This document shows positions 1 through 14,910 of a stretch of 64,000 bases of DNA, in pieces. The notes under the pieces were generated by a model. The model was not told where the DNA came from. It was given only the letters and a program-made list of their open reading frames with translations, and did not search any database. The translations under genes and the position numbers were made by a program. Every line of letters starts with the position of its first letter. The stretch's first letter is position 1. The stretch comes from Chrysomallon squamiferum (Eukaryota > Animalia > Mollusca), in assembly GCA_012295275.1 (NCBI GenBank), contig CM022666.1, positions 2,790,001-2,854,000 on the forward strand, written 5' to 3'.

Positions 1-1016
1 GACATTTTAGAGAAATTGTGCTGTTATTATGAAAATAAAATAAAAAATTATCTTTTTCTCTTCCTCACATCAACATTTTCTACACAAGTTCATGTTATAA
101 TTACAGAAAAAAAATAAGAAAAAATAGATATATAATAATAAATTAATAAGAATTAAATAAATAAATTAATTCATATACAAATTTGGACAGACAAATAAAT
201 TATAACTATTGTTTCTAAGTGTTACAAAAATTTAAGTATAAATTTTGTTTTCCAGCAAATCTTAACATGTATTTTGACTAATGAAACAACACAACCATTA
301 AAACCAAACTAGATACAGTCATATAGATGCCATTAAGCAGGCAAAGCATAAATATGTTTAATATATTCATAATAACTGTTGTTAAGAAAATACCACACAT
401 ATAAAATAGATATTAACTTTTATTTAGATTTCTTTTTTAAATATGGCTGATCTTGATTTTCATAGAAATTGAACAAAGGACATCCTGCATATAAAATAAA
501 TAAATAAATAAATAAATAAAATAAAATATAATAAAATAATAACAGACATAAATTTTAAAATATATACATGAATAATAATAATAATAACAATAATAGTAAT
601 AATAAAAATAATAACAATAAAATATATAATAAAAATCTTCATAATTAAAATAAAAGTAGACAAATAAATTATAATTATATAAATTAAAAAGAAAATAAAG
701 TAAAAAAATAAAAATAACAAAAATATAAATAAATAAATAAATAAGTAAAATAATAAAAAAACACAAACAAATGAATCAACAATAATTATAAACAATGTAT
801 CTACATGCTTCAGAATTTAAATTTTTCGTATTTTTTCTTTTTCTTTTTGGCCAAGTCCTGTTGAGATGCAAACTAAGATAGACAAAACCAAACTACGAAG
901 GAAATTTTAGCAATGTGTGGTACATGCCAAACAACAAGCTTGCAGTAATAGACAAACACTGATAGCAACTAACTGCAAAAATTCATAGCTTCAGCCAGTC
1001 AAAGATTTAATACTAA

Positions 1017-1289
<273 letters not shown>

Positions 1290-1552
1290 TCCTGTATTTT
1301 AGAATTTAATCATTATTAAACTAAACTAATTACTGATGTAATTATAATTATATATTCTAAGATTTTACCCATTTACTGCAAACAGACTTGAAAACTGTTC
1401 GTAAATCTATTTTTAAATCTATTTGCAGCAATAAATCCCCCCATAAAAAACCTTAATAAAAATAATAATAAAATATATAAAATAAAATAAAATAAAATAA
1501 AATAAAATAAAATAAAATAAATAAATAAATAAATATGCCCCATCACTCCTTC

Positions 1553-1606
<54 letters not shown>

Positions 1607-1734
1607 TTATATCAAACAGGGATATCGTACCATAAACGGTAAAAATATACTAATAGTAAGTAATATACTCATCATTTGCATAAATAATGCACACATGCTG
1701 GCTGAAACTGTAGTGTATGAAAGTGAGCACTAAC

Positions 1735-1794
1735 CACAATGGGATACTGTCCAGATGGCAGTCCTGCAGGGTAGGCCATGAGTTTGTTTCCAGC
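1735..1794 (-). CDS. mbl: Probable small (60-nt) muscleblind linker exon, AGNKLMAYPAGLPSGQYPIV
   Basis: Long U-rich tract then ...gtttttactaaatAAG|GCT; donor GTG|GTTAGT. Exactly 20 open codons in phase 0, matching the upstream exon. It is a GC-richer island in very AT-rich flanks, and its Ala/Pro/Gly/Tyr content is like Mbl linkers. No transcript evidence is available. Confidence 0.7.
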
Positions 1795-1864
1795 CTTATT
1801 TAGTAAAAACAAAAAAGAAAGAAAAAAAAAAAAAATACATGCAGACAATTTAGTAGATAATTGT

Positions 1865-2560
1865 GCAGTGTTAACATATCCATTCAGCTAGGTATGTGAC
1901 AATAAAAATTTCTTAAAAAATAAGAAGAGAAAAAAAAAAAAAAGAATATGTTATGTGGTAGTGGAAGGGAGGTAATTTAGTAACATATCCATTCAGCTAG
2001 GTATGTGATAACATTTTTATAAAAATAAGAAGAGAAAAAAAGAATATGTTATGTGGTAGTGGAAGGGGAGATAATTTAGTAACATATCCATTTAGCTGGG
2101 TGTGTGAATTAAAAAAAATATATATATATATACATTTTATGTAGAAACATATCCATTTAGCTAGGCATGAGATTTAAAAAAAAGAATACGTTATGTGGTA
2201 GTGGTAAAAATATATGGTTGAGAGCTGGTGGTATGGTAATATGGTAACATGCATTAAGCAAGGTATGATATGGTAAAATATATATATATATATATATAAA
2301 GGAATATGTTATGTGATAGTAGTGATGGAGTAAAGAATGTGGTTGAGGTGTGGGGGTATGGTAATTTTAAAATACTTTATGTGGAAAGAGGTAACACATC
2401 TATTCAGCGAGTTTAGTGACAAAAAAATAGAATATATCATGTGGTAGTGGTAAAAATTATATGGCCGAGAAGTGGGGCAACATATACATTCAGCTAGGTT
2501 AAAGATGAAAAAAGAATATGCTATGTGGTAATGGTGAAGAAAAGAGTTTTTGACTGGTGG
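1865..2560. repeat. Degenerate tandem repeat, ~7 copies, unit ~65-150 bp
   Basis: Core aacatatccattcagctaggtatgtga recurs near 1873, 1982, 2081, 2146, 2246, 2393 and 2479, mostly followed by agaatatgttatgtggtagtgg. Confidence 0.85.
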
Positions 2561-2695
2561 GATTATGGCATTTTAAATAAATAAATATATTTAATTTTTT
2601 TTAAAATATTAATAATAATAAAAGTAATATTAATAAAAATCTGACATTAGAAATTAATATAATTAATTCATAAGAGATAAGGGGTTCAAAGGTCA

Positions 2696-2732
<37 letters not shown>

Positions 2733-3997
2733 GTGGGTAAATGTGGACAAAGTGGGTGTGTGTATGTGTGTGTGATAAAAAGATAAGACAGAGTTCTGCT
2801 GGAAAATACAAAGACGAATTAGAACAACATCAAAAGACCTGTAAAAAAGATGCAAACAGCTAAATATAGTTAATATTTAGCAAGGAATTTCTTTTCAAAC
2901 TGGCTTTTAAAAAAAAATACACTGTACTGACAAGTAAGTACAGGAGAGAGAGAAAGACAAAGAGAAAGAAAAAAAGATAAAAATGAGAAAGAAGGAGGTA
3001 AAGAAATGAAAAGAGAAAGAAAGAAAAAAAATAAAAAAAAAAAAAGGAGGAAAACACTGTGATAACCCCCCCAAAAAAACCCCACAGTACTAGTTAACAT
3101 ATAAATCTTTCAAAAATAAAACCATTAATGGCTATAATTTCTTAATTTGCATTTTTAATAAATAAACTTTTTTAATTATCTCTCATTACTTCTACACTAT
3201 GCAAATCAAATTCAAACATTTGTAGTTTATAAAAATTTCTAAATTTCTTTAAAGAAAATAAAAACAAATTAAAAATAAATATTTAAGAAAATTTTTTTTT
3301 TTTTTTTTTTTTTAATCACAATAATACAAAACATTCTATGAGTAAAAGAAATTCCTTGCTACATACAACAAATTGTTAATTAAAATATATAAAGAGCTGA
3401 GTTTTAAAATCAAACTGTGGGAAGTATTTCACTGAGTACCCTCTGATATAAAAACAGTGCTTTTTACATTAATATTGGCAGCCTTTCTGCTTTACATGAA
3501 CAGTTGAAAAAATATATATTTGAGTGCCATTATAGATATGCTGACAATCATATAGTTCTTAAACTGATTCATCCCTGTTTTAATTGTCCAGGATTCACTG
3601 ATCATGTTAATAACAAATCATTCATAATTCACCAGCATGTCAACTCTGAAATACATCCTAGTAATTTAGAAAAAAAAAAAATTTAATAAAATTTTTAACT
3701 GTCTTTCAGCAATATATTTGTTTCGTTTCTGCAATATTAAAATTTTCGCCCTACTGAATTTTGGCAGTATTTTAAAATATCAGTTCTGAATGGTTTCGGC
3801 AATATTTTAATATCAGCATTGTTTGTGTCAATGTAAAAGTATTTGTCTTACGTCAAGTCAGCATTGTCTTTTCAGTGACTCTTCAGAAGGGAATATTAAA
3901 ACTTCGACAGATTAGGTGGTTAAAAGCAGGGTAGAATAAAAATACTGTCTTGATTCTGGATTATTATTTCAGCAATAATTCACAAGCAAATCAGCAG

Positions 3998-4028
<31 letters not shown>

Positions 4029-5402
4029 CAGCTTTAACACAGCACTGCATTTTAATTCAGCCATGTTTAATTCTGCATTTTAATTCAGCTACGTTTCCAT
4101 GGTTACTCAGCTGTTCTAGTACAGAGGATACTCAGGCAATGAGGGGGGGTTAAATTTAAAAAAAAAAAAAAAAAAAATTTTTTTTTTTTTTTAAATATTG
4201 AATTGTGTGAAAAGCTGAATGGAAATGCAACATACTTGAAGCTGTAAAATTAAATGAACAATTTTTGTAAAATCGTGTAAAAAAAAAAAAAAATGTAGAA
4301 TAAAACGAAAACAAACAATGCAAATCCACTCCCATGCCAATATCCAAAGCCTTTGTAAAACCCAGGTTTAAGCCACATGAATTTCTGATATTTACACTAT
4401 ACTGATATTAATAGTTAACTAGAAATTTTTTTAAAGAAAAACATAAACAGATAAGTAAATTAAAACTCTATTAATAAATATATTTATCTGAATAAATAAC
4501 TTCTAAGAGCTTTAGTCATTCTTGTATGTACAAATAGTAACAAAAAATAACAAACATACACATACGAATACAGACAGACAGACTGACAGACAGACAGACT
4601 GACAGACAGACAAATGGAAGGACAACACACTTGTTTACTTTCTCACAAGATGTGATATAAAAAATAATTAATCTCAGTGACAGCTTTACCATTTAATATT
4701 TAAAATTTAAATAAGTTTTCAAAAAAATAAATGTTTATGCAAGACGGTTTTTAGAAAAGAAAATGAAAGAACTGGTAATTTTGTTTATTAATTATTATCA
4801 AATTATTTATCTTTGATATATTTTATTTTATTTGATGATTTATTTTAAATTCTTTATATGTTAGCATCATATTTTCTTTATTTAGTCAAAGCAATCAAAT
4901 TAAAAAAACCCATAATAAATAAATAAATAAAAATAATAATAAAAAAAAAATAAAATAAATAAATAAATAAATAATAATAACAGTAATAACTAATAATTAA
5001 ATAATAATCATAAATAAACAAATAAAAATAACAAATAATTATAAATCATTTTAAAAATTCACTTAACATTAAATACTCATGCTAAACAAATGTTATAAAG
5101 AAAATTAAAAAAAAAAAAAAAAAAAATAAATCCCTTTAATATTAAATTAATTTTTATTTTTTGTTCTAGCTTTTTAATTAATTTAAAAAAAAAAAAAACA
5201 TATATTTACTTTTAAAGTTTATTTTTATCAAACTTATTTATTTTTATTTTTGTTATTATTCAAACTTATTCTGAAATAGTTTAGATAAATATTATTTTAA
5301 CCACTGAAATTATTGGTAAATTATTTAAATTTTGACTGAAATAAAGAATTTATATAAACAAATGAACAAAAAAAAAACAAGTAATAAGACCATAATAAAA
5401 TT

Positions 5403-5425
5403 TAATAATAATAATAATAATAGTA

Positions 5426-5524
<99 letters not shown>

Positions 5525-5563
5525 GTAGTAATAATAATAATAATAATAATAACAACAAAAAAA

Positions 5564-5619
<56 letters not shown>

Positions 5620-5645
5620 CAACAACAACAACAACCACAACAATA
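5403..5645. repeat. (AAT)n/(AAC)n compound microsatellite
   Basis: Direct reading; source of the poly-N/L/I/Y pseudo-ORFs. Confidence 0.97.
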
Positions 5646-5983
5646 AAATTAACATCTATTTTACAGTGAAAAAGTTTAAACACAGTATCACAAAACACTC
5701 AAACGTTGTTAAAAACAGCTGTAGTGGCATGGAAGGGGTTAAAATATTTCAACAAAAAGCTTCCCAAATTGTTTTTTTTTTTTAATTTATTAGTAGCATG
5801 CAAGATTTGAACACGAATTCTTCCAATCTCTACCATGCAGAAATAATAATAATAATAATAAAAAAAATACATTCTTATTTACCCTAGCAAAACCTTTGAG
5901 CATAATAATGTATGCTATATAACACACACACACACTTACACATATGTATACATATATGAGCATTCTTTCTGTTTCTCTTACAA

Positions 5984-6015
<32 letters not shown>

Positions 6016-6080
6016 CCAGACAGACACACTCACACCCAGACAGACACTAATGGAACTAAATACAACGGAATTTTACTTAC

Positions 6081-6242
6081 AACAGGAATCATTCCGGGAA
6101 CAAAAGGTTGGAGGGCGGCTTGGGCTTGAAGCTGGAGGTTTCGCAGTATCAGGTTGTTGCGGCCGTTCTGTAGTAGTTGTTCACGCAGGTGCTGTGGAGG
6201 ATGCAGATACTTGCATGGAGGATCTTTGCGCTGGCATTTACC
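6081..6242 (-). CDS. mbl: Muscleblind second coding exon (completes ZnF2, NGRNNL box, Gln/Ala-rich linker), 54 codons
   Basis: Acceptor ttttctgtctcttaaaatttcAG|GGT and donor GTT|GTAAGT; 162 nt, phase 0/0. Translates to GKCQRKDPPCKYLHPPQHLREQLLQNGRNNLILRNLQLQAQAALQPFVPGMIPV. Joined to the upstream exon it gives C-FDSIKGK-C-QRKDPP-C-KYL-H, the invertebrate-type CX7CX6CX3H ZnF2. Confidence 0.96.
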
Positions 6243-6700
6243 CTGAAATTTTAAGAGACAGAAAATTAATCTGGCTGTAAATACGTTTTGTGTGGTGTCT
6301 GCTAAATCTAACGCTTCTTCACAACTCAAAAAAAAACATTCTTGACTTCAAGATGCATCTGAAATTATTGTTACAATATGCTGATTTAAATGGAAATGAG
6401 ATGAACAGGACATCACATACCAGGCAGTTTGTAATATGAGAGTCCTGGGACACTGGTTACGTTACGAAACAGCCCGTAGCATCATTTTTGCATTAGTTAA
6501 CTTCACTGAAAAATGCTGGTCTGTAATGTGCATGTTTTTGATACTAGTGAACAACGAAATTAATTCATTCTCTATATCTGCTTTCTTTCTCTTGGTCCTT
6601 CTTTCACTCTTTCACACTTCTTATCTACTACTACCCCACTCTCTACATCTCCTTCCCTTTCTTTTTGTCTAACTTTCTTTCACTTTTTTCTCATTTTCTT

Positions 6701-6752
<52 letters not shown>

Positions 6753-7123
6753 CTTCTTTTTATATCTATTTAACTCTCTCTCTGCAATAAGGAACGCATC
6801 ATGACCTTCTGGCAATATGAGAAAGAGGAAATTAGTCTGCCGAAGTCTCATAAGATGGCAATCAAGTGTCGTAAAAAGCATTATTACTTCTGATCATTTT
6901 AACAGTAACAGAAATGAAAACCCTAGCTTTTAAAAACATATCGCAATAAAAAACATATATATTTCTCTCTCCACATCTCTTTAAATTTCAAGTCACATCT
7001 ATGCAAATCACATTTCCAAAGCTATCCAAATAAAAAAAAAAAAAAAAAAAAAGGAAGTAAATTATACAGAATTGGATGCAATACTCGCTTTTTGCTATAT
7101 ATCGATTACCCTGAAAGCCAAGA

Positions 7124-7159
<36 letters not shown>

Positions 7160-7632
7160 ATTAAAAAAATCCAAGAAAAATCCAGACATCATAAAATGTA
7201 GGCTGGGATTAATAATAATGGGGAAAAAAAAAAAAAAAATAAAAAAAAATCTATATTCCGAGAGTGACCAAACAATGCAAGCACTTAACCTTAGAGAACT
7301 GCATCATGTAATTTTCACACAAAATGAGTTCGGGGAAAGAAAAAAAAAAAAAAAAAAAAAAAAAGTTTTGGGAGAATCTGAAATGATCTGGAATTGGGGC
7401 CATGTCTTGGTGCTATGGGGAACAAATGATGTGACATGAGGAGAATCAATATTGGAAACCTGTCTAGACAAAAGGCAAATAACTTCATTTTATGCTGAAG
7501 AGAAAATTCCATCCTGGGGTTAAATAACTCTAGGTAATGATTTAACAGATTTTCTCCTTCCATCTATCTGCTGTCTTATATATCCTTTTTGTTTTTCTTT
7601 CTCTCACTCCTGTCTCTCCAATTTCTTTCTTT

Positions 7633-7714
<82 letters not shown>

Positions 7715-7762
7715 GATTATCCGTATTTTCCTTATCTATCTCTCCACTCCTTTCCCCCTCCC

Positions 7763-7794
<32 letters not shown>

Positions 7795-8039
7795 GTCAAT
7801 TTGTCTTCACTTCAGTTATTTTATTTTTTTGAAACGATAAAAAAAAAAAAAAGGAGAAAATTTTCTTGGCAAATCTCGTCATAATGCTTCACTAAGATGA
7901 AAAATTAACCTGCACAGAAACGCATTCAGCCCAAAACTATTCTTTATAGCCTTAGGAAGCCATTTCAATGTACTAAGCCTCTTATTAACTTCAAGGAACA
8001 CTTCTTACAGAATAAGACACAGTAATTATCTCTTAAGTC

Positions 8040-8400
8040 ACTGTGACATGCACTTTAATGGCTGTCTGATACTGTCCAATAGACACTCTCATGTCACCAG
8101 TTATCATGTCTGACACTCTTATTAAATCACCTTACATATTCACATTAAATCATCTGATACTGTCTAATAGACACTCTTATGTCACCTGATATCATCCAAA
8201 AGACACTCATGTCACCTAATATTCTTATTAAATCACTTTACATATTCATATTAAATCATCTGACATTGTCTAACAGACACCCCTATTTAGTCACCTGATA
8301 TTGTCCAATAGACAATTTTATGTAACCTGATATCATGTCTAATATATCACCTTATATATTCATATTAAATCTGACACTGACAGACACCCCTATTAAACAC
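8040..8400. repeat. Degenerate short tandem repeat region
   Basis: Recurring ctgatactgtc(c/t)aatagacactc, atgtcacctgatatc and cttacatattcacattaaatcatctga modules. Confidence 0.7.
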
Positions 8401-8484
8401 TCCAAAAAACATTATAAAATAAAATATTACCTTATTTACCTTGTTTTATTACCTTAAAACACTTGAATATAAATATATATACAA

Positions 8485-8534
<50 letters not shown>

Positions 8535-10235
8535 TTATGTTTATAAAATAACATTTTAATAATTTTAAATATAACATTATAAACTTCATGTGTATGGTTT
8601 ATATATGTGCATGTGTGTGTAAAAATAATGAAAAGAAGAAAAAAAAAAAAAAAATTCTATAAGAAACATGAAACTTAAATGTCTATTAATATTTTACACA
8701 GGGAATAATTTGATTATTTTCTCTACAAACTTACTTCATGACCTAAGACTAAAATTACTATTTTATTACCAAACTCTTTTTATGTATCGGATTTCCTTCA
8801 TTAAATTTTAATTGTAAAAAAACTATCATTTAGATTCGTTTACAAAGGTCACTGCATGAGGCTTGTACAATTAGACTGACAATGAAGAAAGATAAAATAA
8901 AATTAATTTTTGAGTAGAAACTTATGACTCATTTTTGAGCAAACAACTGGAAATATGATGCATGAAGTATTAATGTCACGATTTTACATTCAAGAGTACA
9001 TGACCTTGTTTGAATCAGTTTCATTTAGAAAAAAAAAAAAAAAAAAAAAATGAAAATAATAAAATTAATAACAAACAATACATATATGAAAAAAAAAAAG
9101 AAAAGAAAAAAGACTATAAAACTGAAAGGTAAAAGAAAAAAACAACTATAAAAACAACTAATAATAAATAATAATAATTAAAAAAAAAGCATAAATATCA
9201 AGGGAGATTAGTAACAAAGAATGTAGCACCAAGGGAGATTACTCTAAATAAAAGCCCTGCAATGAAGTGAAAGGTTTTTACTATTGATTGTCTGTGTTTT
9301 TATTTCCCAGTTCCGCCAATGAAAATTAATACAAGATTCATGTCTCTGTTATTGCACTTCCACAATCACATAATTGTTTTTGATTTCACAATTATTCTGC
9401 GTCTGGGCACAGTTTGTTTTTCAGTTATTACAGAGATGGGCGAGACTGCAGACCTTTCTGAATGTTAGGCCTCAATTTTGATGAAAATAAGATGAAAATA
9501 ATAATAGATAATAGATAAAAAAATATATATGTAAATCTTTTGTTTTTCAAAAGAAAAGAAGAAAAAAAAAGCTTCTTTCTGAATAATGATGATGATGACA
9601 ATAGAAAATAAATGAATAAATAAATAAATAAATTAAAAAAATAAAAATAAATAAATAGATAAATAAAATAAATAATTAAATAAATAAATAAACAAATAAA
9701 TAAATAAGTAAATAAATAAATAAATAATAACAATAATTTATTAAATAAATAAATTTGTCACTCACTGTTTTCAATATCCTTACAAGAAAAAAGATAATAA
9801 AAAAAATCTGAACAGCTGGAATTTGAACCTATTATGATCTGGACAATGATAACGCAGTAAAAAAAAAAAATTAGCAGAAAACAAAAAGTAAAACCCTTGG
9901 AAGTGGGGCTTGAAAAATTTTGCACTGTCTGTCCTCACCACTAATAGCCAACTATTGTAGAAACATACTGCATTATAGATGAAGTTTATTGTCACTTATT
10001 ATCAGAGTACTTGCAGGCAGCCATGTTGTCATGGCCTAGCAAATAGCTCCAGGGAAAGTGCAAACATATAGATCCAAGAAGACTTTGTGTTTGTCTTTGT
10101 TAGGATAATCAACCTTATGGCACACCACACTAGTTCTGGAGAGGGTTTTTTTTTTTTTTTTTTTTTTTTTTTCATAAAGTTTTGTTTATTTAAAGAAATC
10201 AATTAGGTGTGAATTAAAGAGAGAAAAATATTTCA

Positions 10236-10282
<47 letters not shown>

Positions 10283-11029
10283 TTTTGAAGAGATGTTGAT
10301 CTGGTGATAATTAACATAATTTATTATTTTATATTTATTATTATTTTAGTTATTAAATTATTACTATTATTTTTCAACAAATACCAAATGAAGAACTTAA
10401 ATTTTACACACAAAACAAAATCCTTTTCATTAAATAATAAATAAGAAACAAAATTCTTAATTATACTCAACATACCATTCCAAATGCTTTTAAAAAATAT
10501 ATATCAAAAAGGAAAAGTAATTTCAAGAACCAGTAAATTCGTAATTCCATCAATACCCTTCATTGTAGATCTTGAAAACTGCTATTGTGAATATCTTTCA
10601 CAGAATTAGATAAAATCAGCAGAGCTTAATTTCAGTTTGTGAGGCCAAATAAATGGAATGAAAAAAATTTCTGAACTGCATTTGCAAATTAGTGCTTTAA
10701 TTTATAGCAAGATACGAGGTAATCAATTCATATATCAGTGGCCTTCAACACACTAAAATAACATTTTAAATCCGGTCTAACTGCTTCTGCATGTCAAACA
10801 TAAACACATTTTAATTGCCCCATTTCTCTTTCTCTATCACTAAACTTTCACCACATCTACCAATTACACTATGGCTCTTGGGTAATTTATTTACTGTTAT
10901 CAGGTCAAATGCTGGAAGCCTTCTCCTGTATAGAGTTACCTTTTTCATTCAGTCAAATTTTAACTGTTTTATAGTTCTTTCTCTCCCTCTTTCTGTCTAT
11001 TGCCTTCTCTCTTTCTTTTCTCAAAATCT

Positions 11030-12070
<1,041 letters not shown>

Positions 12071-14858
12071 ACACAATATTTGACACAACTGTCTGTTAAA
12101 CACTGCAATCGGATAATTTATTAATACTAATAAATAGAGGTGCATTATAAACACTTTCTCTATCAGTCCATTGTAAAAAAAAAAAACTGCATCCCACCTT
12201 CCATTAAGCCATACAGCAAGATAATTTACTCCAGCGGCAGATTGTTAGAGAATTCAGCAGTGAGTTAATAATATTTCCATTTCATCCCCAGCAGAAATCA
12301 AGAAACGGAAACCTCGAGATGTGGAAAACGTATAAATCTGTAATGGAAGGACTACAACGTGGGTGATAAATTACACTCTCGTCGTTGTCAGCAGCATTCA
12401 CTGTGTCGTTAAAACTTCGAGTGTTGAGTGCGCGAACTTCAGACTTCAGTGACTTGCCATGCTGTATGCATTACAGTTCGTATGAAGCATTACAGAAGTT
12501 CATTAACCTGGGGTTTTTTCTTTCAGGTATTTTTAAAAAACAAAATAAAATCTTTCTGTTGGGTGATGAAAATACAGGTACTTAATAGCTATGGGGAAGT
12601 AATTGAGGTGATATTACTGCATGGGGAGCATGTATCATTCCTTTACGCAAATGTTAAACTATTTTCCCATTCCAAAGAGTATATGAGCCCCAGCATATGA
12701 GTTTTGCCTCTTATGTCATTGTTATTCAAGAACAAATGTTTAACTTTTGATATTAAAATATATTGTTCAACAAATATTACTACTGCCATCACCACCACCA
12801 TCTTCATCATCATCATCACCATACAATTTCTATAAAATAATATTAATAAAATATTTTGTAATCTTTATCATCAAAGGACTGAGCAGTGTTAAAATGATAA
12901 TAATGACAATGACAAAACACTGCCGCATAATATAATGAAGATGATGATGATGACATCCACATAGTAACTTTTAATAACCGTCAGCTATGCATCACCAAAT
13001 GATATTAAATGACCCAAGTGTCCAAGCGGTCACTTCCTATCCCTATCGCTCTCCGCATTTCTATAAATATCCTATTCTCAGAGTCAGCACAGCAAACTTA
13101 ATTACAAGCCTCGGTAAACATGGAGATCCATTTTGCCAGACAGGGCAAACAATCTGAGAAAATAGGATGCCGTTTAATCAGCGACCATCTCTTAGAGAAC
13201 AACAACGATGCTAACATCCACGTCAGACAAAAGGGAAACAAGAATTCCATGCAATAACTGAAAGGCAAACACGTCCACTGAAATTCAATGACCTAAACAA
13301 ACGTACATACAAGATCTGGTTTGTGTCGATATGAGAAATAGAGATATTTGTTTTTCCCTTTCATTTGTACGTTTTTTTCCCAATATAAGTCACTGTGGAG
13401 AAAATCAATAGGCAGACATTTTTATTTGAATGTTATTTTATATTCTATATTTTAACAGAATGAATTTGATTTTATTATTATTATTATTATTATTTTTTTT
13501 TTTTTTTTAAATTTAAATTCTATTATAAATACTTCGCCTTTTATAATTTAAAGAAAATTGTTGTTGTTTTTCATTTATTTATTTTTTATTTATTTATTTA
13601 TTTATTTTTTTTTTTTAAAGTTCAGGCACAAAATACATTGCTCAAAATAAATTGCTATTTAATTTTTGTATTTTATAACTTAATGGTTTCATTTAAATGG
13701 TAAAATCTTAGTAAGTTTTATGACAAAAGACTTGTTAGTTATTATTTCATATTTATTGGAAGAAATAAAATATACCTGACCATGTATTTAATTTGTTTTA
13801 TTAATTTATTATTATTATTTTTTTTTTTTCCCCTCAATATAATATTCCTGTTTCCATGGAGTTTGGAACTATTAGAATTTGAGTAAATTGATTTTTTAAT
13901 GAGAATGTTACATAAATGATTGAATAACTTATAAAAATGTTATATTTGCCAGACAGCTTAACACATAATTAATTATAAGCTACTGATGCAACTAACAATG
14001 GTTGCATGGAAAATGCAATCAATATGGCTGCCGCAGTCTGAATAGAAACATAAATTTATTGACCTTAAACCAGAATTTATCAAGAATTAGGAGCATAAAG
14101 AAAAATAAGAAGAAGAAGAAGTGCAGGAAAGAAAGAAAAATGAAGAAAAAAAGAAGAAGAAAAAATAGAAGATAAATACAGAAAATAAAAGTTTAAAAGA
14201 ACAAAAAATGGCTGCTTGATTTGACAAAAATTTAAAGAAAACTATTTATACTACATTCCAAAATACTACTGCTGATTCTGCTATGTTGTTACGTGATGTG
14301 TCACAGTTTAAACTTACGAGAACTGGCTGCCTTGAATAGCCTTCATAAATCCAGGTAGCACAATTAAAGTTCTTCATGGGGGGTCTTTCAAATCGCAAGC
14401 CAAAGTTTATCAAAAAATTTATAATGAAGTGAGGAAATGATTCATCTGGGAACTGGAGTGTTTGCTTTCAGAGGAAAAAAATCCAACAACAACAAATTGC
14501 CAGAGTTTTTAATTACTTTTAAAACTTTATAACATGCATTTTTCAAATGTCAGAAAAAAAACCCCCAGAAAAATAAAAAAACTGTAGGAATTTTAAGATT
14601 GTAAATGGATTACAAAAATAGATAATAAATTCTGTGTAAAGTTTTTTTTTTTAAATTGCTTTTGAATCATGAATTATCTGTATTCTGAAGGTGTTAAAAC
14701 ATCAGAGATATGTTTGAATGTTAATTAATAGGAAAGACGTAAAGTGAATTTGATTTTAAAATAAATTCCAATTCTCTCTCTCTCTCTCTGTCTCACTTTC
14801 TCTCCATTTTCATAGTAGCTTTTTCTTGCTCCCCTCTCTAAGAATTAATATTAGTGTC

Positions 14859-14910
<52 letters not shown>

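Noticed and set aside
437-500. Acceptor-like tatatgcAG|GATGTC giving DVLCSISMKIKISHI*
   Set aside because: The pyrimidine tract is just a (TTTA)n microsatellite and there is no other support. It illustrates the false-positive rate for the terminal-exon candidates.
7040-7135. Acceptor-like site ttattcttggctttcAG|GGTAAT ~870 nt upstream of the ZnF2 exon
   Set aside because: No convincing donor and the peptide is not Mbl-like. Such sites arise easily next to poly-T tracts.
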